Source: Paraspadella gotoi (Eukaryota > Animalia > Chaetognatha). Taken from it: DNA of 64,000 nucleotides. Where the stretch lies: contig CM119267.1 in assembly GCA_051294375.1 (NCBI GenBank), forward strand, positions 22,507,486 to 22,571,485, written 5' to 3'. Position 1 is the first letter of the stretch; each line of letters opens with the position of its first letter. Positions 25,547 through 39,215 of this stretch are shown one piece after another. A program made the position numbers and the translations under genes. The notes under the pieces were generated by a model. That model searched no databases and was not told where the DNA came from. It saw only the letters and a program-made list of their open reading frames with translations.

Positions 25547-28500
25547 TCACTCCCGACGAAAGAATAAAAAAGTCAAATCGTATTCTCGCCCAGGATTCGG
25601 TCGTCCGGCGAATTTCCAGCTTTCGGCGGTTTCGGCGGAATCAGCGGTGGAGAGGCGGGATGGGCAACTAGTGCGGCGGACGGATGGCGATGGCGAACTG
25701 GCGGGCCCGAAGCGGTCGTTTCCGGATGAATAACTCCGACGCCAAGATTCGTCGTCCGTTGTTATTGTTATGGTGAATTGTTTGGTGTGGTTATTGTTGT
25801 ACATACTATTCACGTGATCAAGCGAACTGAATGTGGGTCTTTATTTTTCGTTTCAGCCTTCGGCGGCGCCGCTGCCGCCGCTGCCGGCCGCCCCGCGCCT
25901 CCACGTGCAGTTTGCTCATCAATTCTTTCCTGCATGACTTCCTTCATTTCCAAGTTTTTCGACAGAGAAATCGTTCCCGGCAGCCGCTCCAGAGCTTTCG
26001 GTGGCGCTGCGTCGCCTGCGCGTCTCCGCGCGGCCGGCGCGGCGTTGGATTCGCTTGTTCGCGTCCTTGGACGACGCGACGGCCGTTGATCGGGCGGCCA
26101 TAAACGCGTCGAGACGTTGAGCGCGAGAGGCGTTTTCAATAATTGATTTCCGCGCCGCTGCCGCCGCTGCAAGCGCTGTAAAACGAAGCGGCGGCGCCGG
26201 CGGTCCCGGTGCGAATGGAAAATAGTCGTGTTTTGGTTGTTCGTTTTCCCTGAAGGCTTCGCGAGATTTGCGGTTGAATTCCGTGATTCTCGTTGGCGAA
26301 CATAGTTCCCTGTAACTTTGACGTAAGCCTCCTCCTCCTCCATCCGCGCTCGTTCGTGGCCGATTTCCGGCCTGCCGGTGCCCGAGAGAGCGTCGCAGAA
26401 AATTCTCGGCACCGATTTTCGGCCAACCGGGATCACTCGGTCGCGCGAGCGCGCCATCGTGGCGGGTCCGGCATAGAATGGCTTTCTGCCGTGTCGTCAT
26501 TAGTAAATTATGGCAAATGTGCATCGGCGGCTGAAAGTAACGCGGCGGCGCTGCCGTTAAATAAGAACCCGTCCCGCCGAAAGCCGGCGCTGTCGAAGGC
26601 GATCGCATAACGCCGCCGTCGGGCAATTCTCGCGTGGCGAAAGTTGACGCGACTTTCGTCCTGCGAAGAACACTGCAGTCAGGCGACGCGGACGGGAACT
26701 CTTGGGGATCGCCGCCACGGGCCGGAGGACGAGCCAGAGCCTGTTGTTGGAGAAGAGGCCTCGTCCTTCGCCCCAACCGCCGCCCGAGTTAAAGAACGAG
26801 AAGCACGTGCAAGCCGCCGCCGACAACGGCGCAGCGAGGGTCAGCGGCGAATCTTCGTCCGACGACCGGTTAGACTTGCTCTTGTTGCTGGTCAGGCCCG
26901 GCTCGCCCTCGACGAGCCTCGATCGCGGCCGTCGAAGAACGCCCTTCGTCGAAAGACTGAAGATCGAGAGGAAAACTCCGCGATTCTGTGCAGCTCGAAG
27001 AAAGTCCGCCGATTCGTTCGCGGACAGAAAGGCGGAAGACAGGGGGCGCGGTCGCCGCTGCTGTCCGGCAGCCGCCGCCGCCTCCGGCCGGTCGACGGAC
27101 GACGTCGGCCGGCGAGGAATGAAGCGGGCGGAGGCGGAGTGCGGCCGTCGGTCCTCGTCGGCACAGCACCGCGGTCGAGGATTTCACAAGTCGCGCAAAG
27201 ATCACAGATTTCGTGAGGCGAAAATGGCGTGGCAACAGGCGGCGCGCCGTCGAGTGGGCGGTGACGATGGCGGCTTCGAACTTTCCCTCAACGAACTGAA
27301 ACGGAGGCGCGGGGTGAGAAGTCGCGAGGGAGACGAACTGTCCCGTGAATTGGGCCTGTGAGGATTTGTGCTGGCGTTGTTGCTGTTGCAAGAACACATG
27401 GATTTTGATCGGACCCGCAAGTTCGTCGTCAATTGATTCTCGTTGTAAAGGAAAAAACGGAGGTCAGTGATTTAGGAACGTCCGTCTTGGTTCGCCGCTC
27501 GCGTTTGCGCGTGGGCGGAGGAAAGTTCGTTTCGCAGAATTCGCCATGGTGCGTTTCAATTGGCGGTCGTAATCGTTGCCAAATTGAGGAGGAGGGCAAT
27601 GAGCCGATCCGCCCTTCGGTCCATTGATAGTAATAGTTTTTGTTGATTGACAAATGATCCCAATTCGAATCGGCAATCCGTGTTGGGAAATCCCGCTACG
27701 AATCACGTAGGGATAAGATCTGCGTTTGTTCTCTCCCGTCCAAATAAAACTCGGATCCTCCAATTGCGAAAAGTGATTCTGATGCAATTTCTCCAGATTG
27801 CAGATGAAAGCCGGAGAATTGGACTTAATCTTGCCGTTCTCTCTGTTTTTGTCGGACGCGAGGAGGAATCGTCGGGCCGCCCGTCGTCGTCGGCATTCGT
27901 CGAGCTGGTAGCAGCTTCCGCACCGGGCTGGCCCGCCTTCGGTGACCTTGTAGGATTCCGTGAGAGACGTCGACGGCGCCGGCGTCGTCGTCCGGTTCCG
28001 ACTCGGATCTAGTTGTTCTCTTCGGCGAAGAGTTGCTGTTCCGCGAGGCGGCGAAAAGTCGGCGCCGCCGACGAAATCTCCACCACCACCACGTCGCTCC
28101 GTCGGCGCCGCGACGGCTGGCTCTTCTGCCGCAACCTCCCGCGGCCTCCATCGCCACCCGGCGGCCGCATCGACGGCGGCGGCACGATGCGCCAGAAGCC
28201 TCCAGCTCGGCGATGGGCGAACTCTTGCGTTGGTGAAGGCGGAAGAGGGAAGAGTGTCGCTGCTCTGCTGAGAGCGTCGGCGACGTAGGCGCTGCGATCG
28301 GCCACGTGATATCGTCCGATTCCCTTCTTCAAACTGTTGCTCCCTTCGATCCGATTGCTTCTTGCCCGCCTCACTGTCTCCCGGGTCTTGCCACGATCCC
28401 TCGTGCGCCCTTAGTACGTTGTGCGAAGTCATCAGAATTCCTGCGTCTTTTGAAATCTTGTCTTTCGAACCGCTCGCCGAGCGAAGGATCGCGTCCAAAG

Positions 28501-28745
28501 CCACTGGAGTCCGCGACTCCGTTGGTGTCACCATTTCGAAACGTCCGTTTTCGACGCCCATTTTCTACGCCGCTCGCCGCGTTGAACGTTTTCCATTTCC
28601 GGCGCCGTCCAATTCTCCAAGGTCAGGATCTTCAGGCTCGGACGTACGGGAAAATCTCCGCTTCTCGATTCGCTCTAAATCGTCCGGCGATCGGAGGATG
28701 AGAGATTCCGGTCGAGAAACTCGATCTTTCGAAGGCGTTTCGAAT
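25547..28745 (-). CDS. Low-complexity continuation of FERM gene, copy 2
   Basis: Duplicate of 7701-10899 (+17,846); same ORF set. Confidence 0.55.
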
Positions 28746-29908
28746 CGGTTGTGATGTCGACGAACGTATTCGCATCATTCCCTTCCTGCGTTCGACCGCG
28801 AATAACGAAAACGAGTTTCCGCGGGCGAAGAAAAAACTTTTTTGTGTTTTGGCCGCGACGCGCCCTCGTCCGGCCCGAGAGACAACGGAAGAAGGCGTGG
28901 TCTCGATGCAGTTTTTTCCAAAAGGCTTTGCACCTGTTCGCGATTTCGAAAAGAAGAAACTCGACCGTCTCCTGTGATAGCGCAGTCGTCCGCGGTGAGC
29001 TTGATGAGGAAGCGCTTCCGCTTGAAAGGAGAGCTTCCGCAGTTTGGCCCAGCAGAAGGTGATGATCTGGCTTCGTGGTTGTTAGATCGAGAATGCCGAG
29101 TGAGCGATGGCCTTTGAACGCGGCGACTCCCTTTGACCTCTTTGGACGGGTATGCCTGGCAAGATATTCCTTGGTGCGGGCGTCGTGCCAATTCGCACGA
29201 CCGCCGTAGAGGTGGGCGATCCTGCGCAGCGATGTCGAGGAGATGAAAGTCGGCGGCGGCGCGGCGGTTGGCCGGCGTGAATTCCGATGATAGTCCATCA
29301 CCTTCTTCTTCGAACTCACCGACTGTTTGGCGTGAGAGCGAAGGTGAGAGGTAAGCTGTGGTCCTGATAATGTTCCGCGGCGAAGTCGCCGATCTCCGCC
29401 TGCACCACAACGAGGCGAAGAAGGGCGCCGGTGTTATCGTTGCAAGGCCAGCCCGACCCTCGGCCAGATCGCGCTTGATCTGCAGGGCGAACAGGTAACG
29501 CGTGTCTCTTCCTCCAGCTGAGCCGGGTCAGGCGTGTAGAAATTTACGGAGAAGCGGAAAAGGGAAGAGGTTTCAAAGCCGCCGCCCCGGTCGAGCAACG
29601 GCGTCTGTTTGAAGAATGGGCCTTGTCCCGTCCAGCCAGCGTTCGGGCCGCGCTTTCGTCCAGAAACTCCAGCCCGAAATAGTCGTACTCGAGCAGGTTG
29701 AGGTGGCGGACGACTTGGGCGAAAAGGTCTTGCCCGACGCCTTGACGGGCACCTGGAAGGTGGTGCTTCGGTCGTCGAAGCAGCGCCACGCGAAACACGT
29801 GAGGAAATTTCTCGCGGCGGACGCGCGTCGCTGGCGGCGTTTGATTGCGAACGGAGAAGGACTGGGTGATGGAAGGGAGGGCGCGCCGGACGGGGGCGTG
29901 GAATGCAT
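28746..29908 (-). CDS. FARP: FERM + FA region of FARP/Cdep/FRMD7-family protein, copy 2 (same as copy 1)
   Basis: Duplicate of 10900-12062 at offset +17,846, including the same frameshifts. Confidence 0.9.
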
Positions 29909-32900
29909 GGTTCTTTATTTTTTTTGGGGGGGGCTGGGGTGGGGCGGGGAATGGGTGGGTGTGAGGGGAGATGGAGATGGGAAATTCTAACGAGCGTCGA
30001 AGGTCTCGAGGGAAAAGAGAGAAGAGACACGAGCCAAAGATTTTCTTTTTTTTTCTAATTTTTTTTTTTCTTTCATTCAATTTTTTTTCTCTCGCTTTTT
30101 CCTTTTTCATCTTTCTCGCGTTCGCAGTTCGATCCAACATTCTTGCTTACAACATAATCGTGCGATCGAAAAGTCACGTTTTTCTGTCTCTCTCTTCTCA
30201 CTCTCTCTCAATCTCTGTCGCTCTGTCGCCATTCGACGGATTTTCGTACATATTTTGTTTTTCGTTATTATTTTCCTTTTCTCCTTATTTCGTATACAGG
30301 GACAACGAATATTTTTCTTTTTTTATTTTCTTTTTTTTATGTCGCAGATTTTTGCAATTCCGGAATTTTTTCTTTCTTTTTTTTTTTCTTTTTCTTTTTT
30401 TCCCTTTTCCATCGACGCGGTTGAAGTTGACTTATAACGGAGGGAAAATCCCCGGAGTCAAGGCCGACGCAACATAGTAAGCTTTTATTGTTTTCCGCTT
30501 TTTTTTTTGTCCTCTGTCTCTGTCTCTCTTCTCCTTTTTCTCTCTCATCTCCGGTCGTCGTTATTTTCTCTCTCTCTCTTTTTTGTTTGTTTTCCTTTTT
30601 TTCTTTTTTTTTCGTTTGGTTTTTATTTTTCCGCACTATTTCCTTCTATTCTTTCTTCTCTCAACCGGCGGGACGTTTTTGCCCCGGCGCTTTCTTCGTC
30701 TCCCCTCCTCTCCTCACTCCTCTCTCTCTCTCTTCTCTCTCTCTCTCTCATCTCTTCTCTATCTCTCCTCTCTCCTCACTCTCTCTCTCATCTTTCTCTC
30801 TCTCTCTCTCTCGTCTCTCTCTCTCTCTCTCTCTGTTAGAGCGAATCTCTTCTTCTCTCTACCTTTGGCGCCTCCATCCCTTGCGTAATCTCCTCTCTCT
30901 CTCTCTCTTCTCCTCGTTTCTCTCTCTGTCTCTCGTCTCTCTCTCGCAAAACGCTTCTCTACCCGCTAGAGCAGGCTACCCCGCTAACCGCCGCTAACCC
31001 CGGCCGATATAAAATTTTCGGTCTCCTTTCATATCGCGCCCGGCGGCCCCGACATAGGGGGGCGGGAGAGAGAGAGGGGAGGTTTGCCCCCGGGCGGAGA
31101 GGGGCCGGCGCGTGGCGGAGAGGGAGAAGAGAAAAAAGTGGAGCGAAGGTTCCGGTTTCGGCGCCGCAGGAGGGGGCGTGGCCGGCGTCAAAAAACGCCA
31201 CGCGCAGGCGCTCTCTCGCGGATGAAAGAGGATGAAGGGAAGAGAAGCGAGGTCGGCGAGGGCGTCGGGGAAGGTCGTCGACGGGCTTTTCGGGGTCGCC
31301 GATTAAGACCCGGGGAGAGGATAGAGACGGAGACAACACACGGTTCCTTCTTGCTCTCTTCGCGCGCATAGAGTGGAGAGAAGAGAGAGACAGAGACGGG
31401 AGAGGATGTTCTTTCGTCTCATTCGCAGTCAGCTCACGGGCGCCGTTAAACTCCACGAGGTCTTGTTTTTAGGAATCGGTTTCCATTCCATCTATCACGG
31501 CCTCGGAGACGCTCTGCTCTCTCGCTCGCGTCGCTACAAGATTCCGTGTATCTTCTCTCTCTACGTTCTCTCCGCCGCTCGCTCTCCCTCTTTTCACCTG
31601 CTCTTCGAAATCGAAGATGGGGCGGGCCAGAGAGAGAAGAGAGAGACGGGGCCGATATTTTGGGTCGAAGAGCGGGCGAATAGAATCTCCAACGGGATTG
31701 TTATTGGTTTTTTTTTTGTAAACGTCCGTGAAACTATCGCGTTTGGCGAAGAGAGGAAAGGTGGGAGAAAAGAAAGGAAAAAAGGGAGGGAAGAACCAAA
31801 AATGGAAAAAAAAGGAAACGTAGAAAAGAAAGGAAAAAGGGAGGACGGAGAGAAAGGGGAAAAGGGCAAAGGGCGAAAAAGAGGACGGATGACGGCTGGG
31901 AGAAAATCGGAGAACATTTGATTAAGAAAGTGTAGAAGTTTGAGTAGACATCCTTCGTTGGAAACGATTACAGTTTCCGGGATTTCGCTTTGTTTTTTCC
32001 CTGTTTTTCCAGTTACTGTTGTTGTTTACCTGGTGATCTTCCGGCTAATTCGAGCGCTAATTGGTTTTAAATTCCCGCGGTGGTAAGTTGTTAGTTTAGT
32101 TTTGTTTACATTCAACTCTTGGTTCAATTTCGTAAATGGGAGATGGCGATGAACTTTGTTGACCTAAAATTTTGGGTAAAAAAAAAAAGTAATGAGTTTA
32201 TATTTATTAATATAAGTTATTAACGATCAAAGTGAACGTCATTTAAATTCTTTGTTGTTGTTCGAAATAAAGGTTTTTTAAAAATTTTCTCCCCTTAAAT
32301 TAACAGAGATTCCGTCGGCGCGCGGTGGGCGTGGCCCTCTGTCTTTCCCAGCCTTTTTCCGGAGTTATGCTCGCAACCTGAAAAAAAAAAAAAAAAAAAC
32401 GATGGGGGGGTGGGAAGAGACGCTAAAAGCGTAAAAGAAAAAAAAAAAAAGAAAGATGGCGTCGAGAGAGGAAAAAAAAAGAGTGCGCTGGGAATGAGAA
32501 AATATAAAACAAATGGCGCAAGAACAACCAACCAAAAATAAAAAAAGTAACGGAAAATAGAAGACAAAATAATGGAGAAATAAAATAAGGGGTTCAAATT
32601 AAAAAAAAATATGGACTTTACCCATAAACAAAATTGGGACAAAAAACAAACAAACAAAAAACCACAAAGAAACTTAAATGAGTCGAATGAAAAGGCATCA
32701 AAGAGTGTCAATTAAGACAATGAAATAAAAACCCAAATGAAAAAGAAAAATGGAAGTCCAGAAAGAGAAAAAGAAACAAAAATTTTAGCACAGAAAAGAT
32801 AAAAAGGAAAAAGAAAAGAAAAGAAAAGAAAAAGAAAAAAGCGAGTGTCATGAAGTCCGTTATGTTGAAAAAAACATTTTTTTTTTGGACGGAACTTTCT

Positions 32901-32954
32901 TTTCCGAACCAAGAAGGAAAGGAAAGTGAGAGAGAGGAGAGAGAGAGAGAGAGA

Positions 32955-33014
<60 letters not shown>

Positions 33015-34794
33015 AGAGGAGAGAACGAACTATAGAGTTTTCCGCCGCCGGGGGCGATAATGACCGTCTTGTCCACTCTTTATGTCTTTCTGATGTGGTA
33101 TCTGAAGCGGCCGCCAAGGGGCACCGAGAAGGAAGGCGTGGAGGTCGAGGCTCGCCAAAACGGGCACGTTTCACTAATCTCCTCGTTCAAAACTCGGTCC
33201 ACGCTCGCAACGTAAAAAAATCGCTCGCTATATCCAGTTGTATCTGTTCTCCTTAATGGAGCCTGACTCACTTGCGCAAAAACTAAAAATAATTATTTAA
33301 CTTTTCTAGTTTAAGTTTTCCAGTGATCAATGGCGCTTTTTTTCCTCATAATTGTTTTCCTCTGCTTTACCAGCACTCGAATGGAAATTCACAAATGCTT
33401 CACTTCAACATTCGTATTTTAATAAATCAGAACCCCCTCAGACTCCTCTGTCTCTATAATTCGTCCTCGCTCTTTTTCCTCGATCTCTCTTTTCCTGTCC
33501 TCTGCCTTCTATTTCTTTTCCACACACCCTCTCTCTCTCTCTCAATCTCGTCTCTCTCTCTCTCCATCTCCGTCATCTCTCCCCTCCTCGCTCTCTCTCT
33601 CTCTCCTCTGATCCCTCTCTCTCTCTCTCTCTTTTCTCTCAAAACATCTAAAAACCTCTCTCGTCTCTCTCTCCTCTTTTTTGCCTCAATTTGGCTCGTT
33701 TATTTTATTCGCTGGAAATGTTTTTTTTTTTTCAACGCTCAGCCATTTTTTTACCGCGCTTTAAGGCTTAAGCCCGGTTTGTTTTTTGTTTATTAATTAT
33801 TTTTTTTCTGTCATTTCTTTTTCCGCTGTTTTGGAGTTTACTATCGCTCTAGAAGCAGAAGAGCGCGCTCAGTTTGAATTAAATCCGGGTGAGTCAACGC
33901 ATTATTCGCTCTTACATCGGGAGATTCCGCGTTCGTGAGGCTGAATTTTGGAAACGAAATTCTCCAGTTTTTTTTTTGCCCTCGCTCAGAAAAAAAACAC
34001 ATTAGGGCAATAAAAAAGTGTTTATGATTTTTTCCTTGGCGTTATGAATTTATTGGTGGACTATTTTTTTTTTTTATCCCAATTTTTGGCAGATTGAGAT
34101 ACTGAAGAGAGAAAGAAGAAATAGAGAGAGAGAGAGTGAAATTTTCGAGAAGGCAGGAAAGTGTGAGAGGAAATTGGAATAGGAAAGAAACAGGCATGAG
34201 AGCAACACCCGTCCTGTTGGGAAGGCCAAAAGCGTCCCCGTCGTCTCGTTGTCTCTCTCGTCTCTCTCTCTCTCCTCTCTCTCTCTCATCTTCTCTCTCT
34301 CTCTCTTCTCCTCTCCTCTCTCTCTCCTCTCGTCTCTCATTTCCGACCTTTATTTGGCGCGAGATTTTATTTATTTTTATTTTCGTCTTTATTTTAATTC
34401 ATTTATTTTTCTCACGTCTCCGTTGCCATGGTGTTTACGCGTCGGGCTGGCGGCGGAGGGGCGGAGGCGGCGGAGGCGGCGGAAGGGAGTTATTTCTCTG
34501 CCGACGCGGGGCGGATCGTCCAATCGGGTCGCGAGAACGCGCATTCGAGCGGCGCGCGCGTGCCGAAAACCGGGAGAGAGAGAGAGAATAGAGAGTAGAA
34601 GAGAGAGAGAGAGAGAGAGAGAGAAGAGAGAGAGAGAAGAGGAAGAGAGAAGAGAAGAGAGAGAGAAGAGAGAGAGAAGAGAGAGAGAATGAAATGTGAG
34701 AGACTGTGATAAGAACGCAAGAGCGGACGGAGTGAAAGCTTCTAAGGGGTAAGAGACAGAAAGGAAAAAAATTGGCAGATTGGCTCAGAAAGAG

Positions 34795-34825
<31 letters not shown>

Positions 34826-35863
34826 AGAGAGAGAGAAGAGGAGAGAGAGAGAGAGAGATAGATTGACAGAGTGAAAGGGAGCGTCGCCCAATTTTCCCGA
34901 GACAGGTTTCAAAGGTTTTTAAAAAAAAAAGAGGTTGTCGCAAAAGGTTCGCGGCGAAAAAAAGGCCCTACCAAAAAAAATCGAGTGGGCGTGGCTCGAT
35001 GAGGAGCGACGGACCGGAAATGGTGTGACGGTGAAAAAAAAAGAGCAATGGGAGGAAAGAAGAAAAAACTTGCCGAAAAAAAAATCGAAGGAAAATCAGG
35101 AGAAAAAATCGAAAAATTAGAAAAACAAATTAGAATAGATTTAATGAAAAAGAAAAACAAGTTCAATAAAATTCAAGTTGTGACAAAGTGACTTTTTGAT
35201 ATAAATGATATATGGGAGTAAATAAACAAGGACTGTGAGAGAGTCTTGATTTGAAAGCTTGCAGGGACCTGCCATGTCATTATCTTGTAAGAGTGATGGA
35301 GGCCCTTAAACCACCCCAAAGGCCTGTCAAAGTCAGGGGCAAGAAGCTTATTTATTTAAATTGATTGCGATAACCTTTTTATATTGCGTTTTTTGTACCC
35401 AATTTAGATTAATCACGTGACTATACAATTATGAAACATTGATGTTATTGGACCACATATTTTTGACATGGACCAAGAAGCAATCTTATGGTAAACCACT
35501 TATTCCTTTACCAAGTGTAAAACACAAAAAATATAGTAACTCTCTCGTTTACAAACGACGTTAGCTGCATGAAGGACAGACAGGAGAAACCGAGCAAAAA
35601 AAAACCGACCGATCGAAAAAAGACTAAGAGTGTTGTGCCCGCGAGTACTCGCGGCGCGGACTAAAAAACCTGTGTGAAAAAAAATAGAAAGATGGGTTTC
35701 TTTTTTTTTTTTCGGTTCGATAAATTTTTTGGAGTCGCTTCAGTCTCTTTCTCCTATATTGTGAAGAGACAAGGGACGAGGGAATAACTGAGACAGAGAG
35801 AGAGAGAAGAGAGATACGTCGAGTAAGCGATCCGGGAAAGGGACAAGGTGGGGAAGTTGGAGT

Positions 35864-35919
<56 letters not shown>

Positions 35920-37223
35920 GAGAGAGAGAGAGAAGAGAGAGAGAGAGAAACACGAGAACACGTTTTTTCGCGCGGGACACCATGAAGTCGAAATTGGGGC
36001 GGGGCGCGTCGGCGGCGCGTAACCCGATTGCCGTCGGTCGCGCCGCCGCGTTCCGCGTTACAATGAAGAGGAATTTGTGAGTCCCGTCGCGTGAAATCGA
36101 GACTTCGGTGACTAATCCAATTCGAGGCAGAGAATCGGAAAACCGGAACGAGGGCGCGCGTGGAAGGGGGGGTGGGGGGGGAGTGGAGATTGGGTGAGTC
36201 GGATTGGTAGGAAAGGATGGAAATAGGACGGCTGTTGTTTGTTGTCCGTCGTGGTTACCCGGGTCCGTTATCATTGGGAACTTCCTTTCTTGGATTAACT
36301 TGAAGCAGAATATTTGTGGTCGTTTCAAATGAGATTTGAGTTTCTTCAATCTGATTTACATATTGTAGCGATTTAGATTATTTCTTATATATTTTGTTTT
36401 CGGTTTACTTAGAAGTTTTGTCCATTATTTTAGATATTTTAATAAGGTTTAATAATATCGTATTTTCCAAACGATATTTTGATATTTCATGGTAGTATTT
36501 ACAATGTATAATATAAAATGTAAAATACAAAATTTTGGGGGGCTTTTTTACGACATGACGTTGAATTGTTAACGCTTTAGTTTTGTGCCTTTACTGTGGT
36601 TATACGCTCGGGTCATCACTGGATGAAAAGGTTTGTTTTTGTTATTTTTGGTTCGTGCCACGTTATTTCCGAACGAGAATCACGGAGTTTATTGTTGTTG
36701 TTGTTTTTGGCCTTTGGGAGGCGTTGTTGTTATATATCGAGGTTATGAAGAATGAAGATGAGGTCCTTGCCCTCGTGGCCAATGTTCACTGAGCTTTTGT
36801 TGTTATCTCATCTTATTCTCATATCATTTCAAACTTATATTATCTCATCTCATTTATTTTATCATTTCATCTCATCTCATCTCATCTCCATCTTCCTCTT
36901 ATATAACTCATCCTATTCTCATCTCATCTCATCTCATTCTTTTCTAATGTCATCTTATATCATTCCCTCTTATTCTCATATCATTTTAACTTTATAGATT
37001 GTTAAGTGAATAATTGAACCAGCTAATGGTTTGAATGCATGGTCTAAATAAAATTAGCACTGTTTCCCAAATCGATGTTTTTCTTTATTTCAACTTATAA
37101 TTATATCATCACATTCTCATCTTCAGTTCATCTTATCTCAACTCATCTCATTCTTTTATCATTTCATCTCATCTCATCTCCGTCTCTTCTTAATATCATC
37201 TCATCTTATTCTCATCTTATTCT

Positions 37224-37447
37224 TATGGAAATTGTACAACCATATAAAAATTATCCCATCATTTAATAAATAGCTATCTTGCCCCTGACTTTGGACAGGC
37301 TTTGGTGGTTTAAGGCCTCCATCACTCTTACAAGGATAATGACATAGCAGGTCCCTGCAAGCTTTCAATCAAGACCTCTCATAGTCTCGTTTATTCACTC
37401 CCAGAGTACCTGGCTTCCCTATCAATTGAAGTGAAAATATTTCAAAT
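37224..37447 (-). mobile_element. Short interspersed repeat, inverted copy, absent from the homologous site in duplication unit 1
   Basis: Reverse complement of the 1111-1286 core plus a 5' extension (gatagggaagccaggtactctgggagtg). The homologous site at ~19335-19367 lacks it. Confidence 0.85.
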
Positions 37448-38413
37448 ATCTTATTCTCATCTCATCTCATCTCATCTCATCCCTTCAGGTGACCTTTTTA
37501 ATTAGGGAACGTCGAAAAATGCGGGCCTAACGAAAGGAAGAGATTAAGTAGCGTGACGGACCTGCCCGAACTCGGGACACGAGAGGCGGACCAGATCGAC
37601 CGAGCGCGAAGGAAGGGGGGGAGGGTGGGGAGAAAGAGAGAGAGGTGAGTGAGAGAGTAAATGAGAGGGAGGGAGGAGAGAGGGAGATAGAGGAGAGTGA
37701 GGAAGACAGAGAGAGTGGGAGGAAGGGAAAGAATGAGAGAGGGAGGGTAGGAGGGAGAGAGAGGGATGGGGGAGAGAAAGAAAGGGGGAGCGGGAGAGAG
37801 GGAGGAGGCAGAGAGTTGGAAACGAAAATGAAAAGAGAGAGTGAAAGGGAGTTAGAGAGAGTAGGACGGAGAGAGAGGGATAGAGAGATAAGGAGAAGGA
37901 AGGAGACAGAAAGGGATCGAGTGAGAGAGACAAAGAGAGATTCAGAGTCAGAGAGAGGCGATGGCAAAGTGAGATGGGTGAAGGGGAAGTGAGTATGATG
38001 GATCAAAGCGGGAAAGAGTACTGGAGCACCGAGTGAGTATAGGATAGCGGTGGAAAAAGAAGAAAACATTTATTAGGAAAAAAAAAGAAAGATGGCGCTT
38101 AAGTGAAGCGGAGAGGAGCGAGGGAGAAAAGATTTGTTTTTATATCTTGAGGCTTAGGGGGAGCGAGTGTGTAGGATCGAGGAAGTGGAGCTGAGGGGTG
38201 GAGATGGAGCAAGAGAGGAAGAGGAAGAGAGAGGGAGACAGCGGGGGAAGTTTTTATTACCGTCCCGAACTGGAAGAGTGCGTGGGGAAACGGATGGCGA
38301 GACACGAAAAAAAAAATTGAGAGAGAGTGAGAGAGAGCGAGAGTGAGAGATCTTTCCTCGCGTTTCTCTCTTTCAAGAGGCGAAAGGGACATGGAGAGGG
38401 AACTGTGATATCC

Positions 38414-38416
<3 letters not shown>

Positions 38417-38494
<78 letters not shown>
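38417..38494 (+). repeat. (AG)n microsatellite, representative of dozens of AG/CT tracts (e.g. 15082-15178, 58924-58979, 59257-59332)
   Basis: Pure dinucleotide runs, several abutting N gaps. Confidence 0.97.
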
Positions 38495-38497
<3 letters not shown>

Positions 38498-39215
38498 NNN
38501 NNNNNNNNNNNNNNNNNNNNNNNNNNNNNNNNNNNNNNNNNNNNNNNNNNNNNNNNNNNNNNNNNNNNNNNNNNNNNNNNNNNNNNNNNNNNNNNNNNNN
38601 NNNNNNNNNNNNNNNNNNNNNCTTTTCTTTTCGTTTTCTTCAATTGTTTTCAATATTTTTATTTTTATAGCTATTTTCATATATTTTTTAATCTTAATTT
38701 CGAACTTTCTTTTAATTCTTTCTCTTTTCTTTCCTTTTTTGTCCCTTCTCTTTAATCCTTTTCTGAGTTGGTATCTTAAATTTTTTGCAGATCCAAAGGT
38801 TTTGCTTTTTTATCTCTGTCCATCGGGCGAAAAGATCGGACAGGAACGTGGTTAAGAAAACCCTAAGACTTTTCACGTCCTGAATTTGGATAAGATCATC
38901 AGAATATATAAACTAACTTAATTTCGTTTTAAAAGTGTTTAATTATTAAAATAAGTGGGATTGACATTAAACCACGCCTCGGGGGAAAGAGAAAGTACAT
39001 CAGAGAGAATTTAGGAATCCTTGGTTGAAATTAAATTTCTTAATCGGTTATTGCTAAACTCATAAGGAACGCTCGTCATCGTAATTAAAGCAAATGTCAG
39101 CGACAACGACAAATGACCTCACCGCTAGAAAATTGAGTTTTCAAAAAAGATACTTAAGGGGGTGGTTATTTTATACAATTTAAACATTCTTTGAAACATT
39201 ATATAACATTTCATA

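Larger units (their letters stand above)
1685..37593 (+). repeat. Large direct tandem duplication: unit 1 1685-19505, unit 2 19531-37593
   Basis: All ORFs recur at a constant offset of 17,846 up to ~15886/33732. After that the copies are similar but differ by many indels. Both units start immediately after a 25-N gap with the same bases (aaagagagaaagataagtgcg). Confidence 0.97.

Noticed and set aside
25547-29908. Genuine recent gene duplication of the FERM gene
   Set aside because: Shared errors and flanking 25-N gaps point to an assembly duplicate; unsupported without reads.
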